This document shows positions 61,109 to 64,000 of a DNA stretch of 64,000 bases, in pieces. How positions within the stretch are numbered: the first letter of the stretch is position 1; each line of letters starts with the position of its first letter. Below the pieces are notes generated by a model. That model did no database searches. It saw only the letters and a program-made list of their open reading frames with translations, and had not been told where the DNA came from. This DNA comes from Antedon mediterranea. Its lineage: Eukaryota; Animalia; Echinodermata. The translations under genes were made by a program, and so were the position numbers. The DNA lies in NCBI RefSeq assembly GCF_964355755.1, contig NC_092670.1:15796795-15860794 (forward strand), in the 5' to 3' direction.

Positions 61109-63219
61109 GATGTACTGAAAGCTGAGGTAACAATATATATAGATTTTATAATATTTATGTTAACCTCAGTAGGCATAAAGGCTAATTTTGTCACAGACGA
61201 TTGGTAACGGGGTAAGCGGAAAACCGCGTATTGTCCCACGTAGAATCTGTATCTATCTTCAGCGGAAATTGGCCATAAATGTCATATTCCTTTATTGAGA
61301 CAATTTCTGTTGACAGTCGCAGATGTGAATCAAATCATGGAATTTCTTTCCTCCATGATCAATCCAAGGACTTGTAGCCTAATAATTCGTTTGTAATACA
61401 ATGTAATGTTTAGAGTGCACAGTAATAATAGTCCCAAACACTTACTTGTGTTCAGAATCTGGCCAATCGGTTGTGTATGTACTACACCTGAGACAACCTT
61501 CAAAGGCCGTTGAATCACCAAATATATTATCCGTAGACTTAATAGATTAATAAATCTGAAAGGTTACAATAGGTTTGAACTTAAATAAGGGGTCCATTAG
61601 TGTATGCAGTTTACTTAAGCTGCCCTTGCCCAGTATGTTTCATCTATATAATTTTGCATACAGTATTATGTGTTGTTATTATATTCAATAACTCGTTATA
61701 CTGTAATATTATTATACATTTATTTTATATTTTGAATCCATTTTTGAAAATCGATTAATTTTATTCAGCTGCCATTCGGGAACTGATGCTGGTCAATATA
61801 CCGCCGTACGAGAGTGATGACACTTTGTAATTGTTTTTGTTAGTTTTTCATTTATCTGTTTTTGTATATCTCAGACCAAACATAATTTATATGTATATTT
61901 GTATATGCAAATGACAATAAATGAAAGTAATTTTCTACTGAAAGAATATTATTTAGACGATTTTCGGATTAATACGAATGCCGCAAAATACCGTAACTAA
62001 TCTGAATAACGATATTTTCAGAACTTGTCGTTGTCTCTTGGATTATTCTAAAAATCAATATGTATATTTAGTATAAACGGGATTATAATATAGATTAGTC
62101 TTTCAATCTGGATATTATTAAAAGGCATTCATGATAATCTTTTTGCTTTTTTTTATAGATTTTACTCAATCGTACGACTGGCGAAAGTCAAACTAAGAAA
62201 TACGTTAGTTTACAAATATGTATTTATAATCGTTTGTTGATTCACATCCGCGACCCTCGGCAAATGTTTATTGATAACACGTGCTATTCGTAAAAGAAAT
62301 AAACTACTTTATTCCAATTTTTCCTACGTGCCAAAACATGTTTGTTGCCAGCCATGTGGATAGCGGTACCCCCCCCCCCCCCCCCCCAAACATTAAATTT
62401 CCTGTTTTAGTACAGTAAACGACGGCTGTGTTTAGAAAGTTAAAATAGCAAGATATCCTAAATTGTACTCATTTTTTTTTAAATACGTTCAAATGTAGGT
62501 CCTACGTCATCGTTTAAAAGCGCGTACGTAATTTTATCCCCTTCAATTTTACCAAGAATAATTTAAATAACTTTGTAAAATTTCAAGACATATTTATATA
62601 GTATACTACTGTATCAATGCTTATTCTCGCATAACTGCCAAATTCAGATCTACTTATAATTAGAGGGTACTTCTTTTAATTATAGTACTTCAATAACGTA
62701 TATCTTAATGTCTTAAATACAAAATATGTATTGTTGACAGTGTTACAATTGAGCCGTAAGACAAAAGACAAACAAAGAATTGAACATATTTATTATTTTA
62801 TTTCAAAACAACGAGTTGAAGAAAAAGTGTTGTGTTGGAATTGATAAAGACCTAGGCTAAGTCCAAGGATTTTGGTTCCAATTTGGAGTCTGAATATTGT
62901 GAACCATGTGTGTGCATATATTATATTTTGATCAGTGGCGTAACATAGAGACCCGAGTTCCCTGGTTTAGGAATCCTAAGTGGCCCTCTAAAGCTGCAGG
63001 CCTCGGGCGCTTTTAGCCTTTTCAACATATTTTAATGCCTGTGTCTGGGCACTGCTCAGGGGCCCCTGGGTTTAGCAAAACCACTGATTACGATCATTTA
63101 TATTTAATGGCTGCAGAATAGAAAGAACCAAATACAGTTTGATGATGTGAAATTCAATCTGTTCAATAAGGTCCACCTATGATACCATCATACACATTAT
63201 AATAATCTTATATTCTCTT

Positions 63220-64000
63220 CTATTCTATTTCACACTCTCCTCCAACTTCAGCCATCTTTTTCTTGATTTCTTCTGCTTCTTCTTTAGCTATGTCTGCTTT
63301 TAATACCTGCGGCACTGACTCAACAAACTTTTTAGCCTGAAATGTAAATTTAAAAACATTTTATAATGAGACGATAGCCGAAATCTCAAGAACGTTTGCC
63401 TTGAGAGGTATGTTTTAAATTGTATTAATTTTTTTGTTTATGTCTTTAGGCGCATGTGACCAAGGATTACCAATAGTAAATTAATCACTGTCCTATCAGA
63501 TAGGTAGTAATCCCCCTGATACAGGGGCTATTTAGTGAACCAGTTCATCGGGGTAACCCCCTACTCATCTTGAATGATGACATGGAGTGCACACAGGTTA
63601 TAAAAAGGTACTGTATTAAGTAATACTCATTGTTTGATGTGATATTGCTTTACAATTGCTGCTGTCATAATCATGTCTGTTATGTTTACCTGTACAAGGT
63701 TCATGGTTGGATTCAGTGCTTTAATTTCTTTAATCAATTTAACTTTGCTAGCTGTATCAAATTTGTTGAGTTTTATTGAAAATGATGTTTGCACTTGTTT
63801 AGCTGGAGCACTTTCTTCTTCCTCCTCATCCTGTTGGTGAAAAAATGTACAAAAAGTGATTTTTATCATACACAGTAGGCCTACTATGTATTTAAAAATC
63901 AGAAATGGGGTGTCGTTAATGCACAGTAATTCCATTTATCCGACCATAATGTGAGTCTAGGCTTACCTTTTGTTGACTCTGTTGAACTGGTGCTCCATAT
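63220..64000 (-). CDS. MRPL12: Mitochondrial ribosomal protein L12 (bL12m), 3' portion; 5' exons lie beyond the window
   Basis: Exons on -: >64000-63967, 63830-63690 (QTSFSIKLNKFDTASKVKLIKEIKALNPTMNLVQ) and 63336-63220 (AKKFVESVPQVLKADIAKEEAEEIKKKMAEVGGECEIE*), the L7/L12 C-terminal domain. Confidence 0.93.
63425..63605 (-). mobile_element. DeuSINE 3' half in an MRPL12 intron
   Basis: Reverse complement of 14735-14870 (tagcccctgtatcagggggattac...ctatctgataggacagtgattaa). Confidence 0.8.

Overview
AT-rich, intron-rich animal genomic DNA. DeuSINE-type elements and the gene structures suggest a marine invertebrate deuterostome, possibly an echinoderm (inference). It holds three genes: a complete PRKDC (DNA-PKcs) on + (15071-57909; hand-built model of 84 coding exons, 12405 nt, about 4134 aa, one continuous frame, two GC-AG introns); a convergent STARD4/5/6-type START gene on - (59122-61108); and the 3' part of MRPL12 on - (63220 to beyond the window end). 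The first 15 kb has no host gene and consists of nested repeats. Its main structure is a pair of long diverged inverted arms (2241-3198 and about 13692-14962), the right one ending about 110 bp before the PRKDC ATG. The arms are built from 97-bp units carrying CACTGTG...CACAGTG (RSS-heptamer-identical) palindromes, and a related 106-bp array lies at about 540-1875. The arms enclose tRNA-like modules, a 2.7-kb GTCT/GTCTAGAC microsatellite and a 4.1-kb TIR element. PRKDC introns carry MITEs, a Helentron-type element, DeuSINEs, LINE tails and a Penelope-type hammerhead motif. All coordinates were read by eye; repeat boundaries are approximate and family assignments need database checks.
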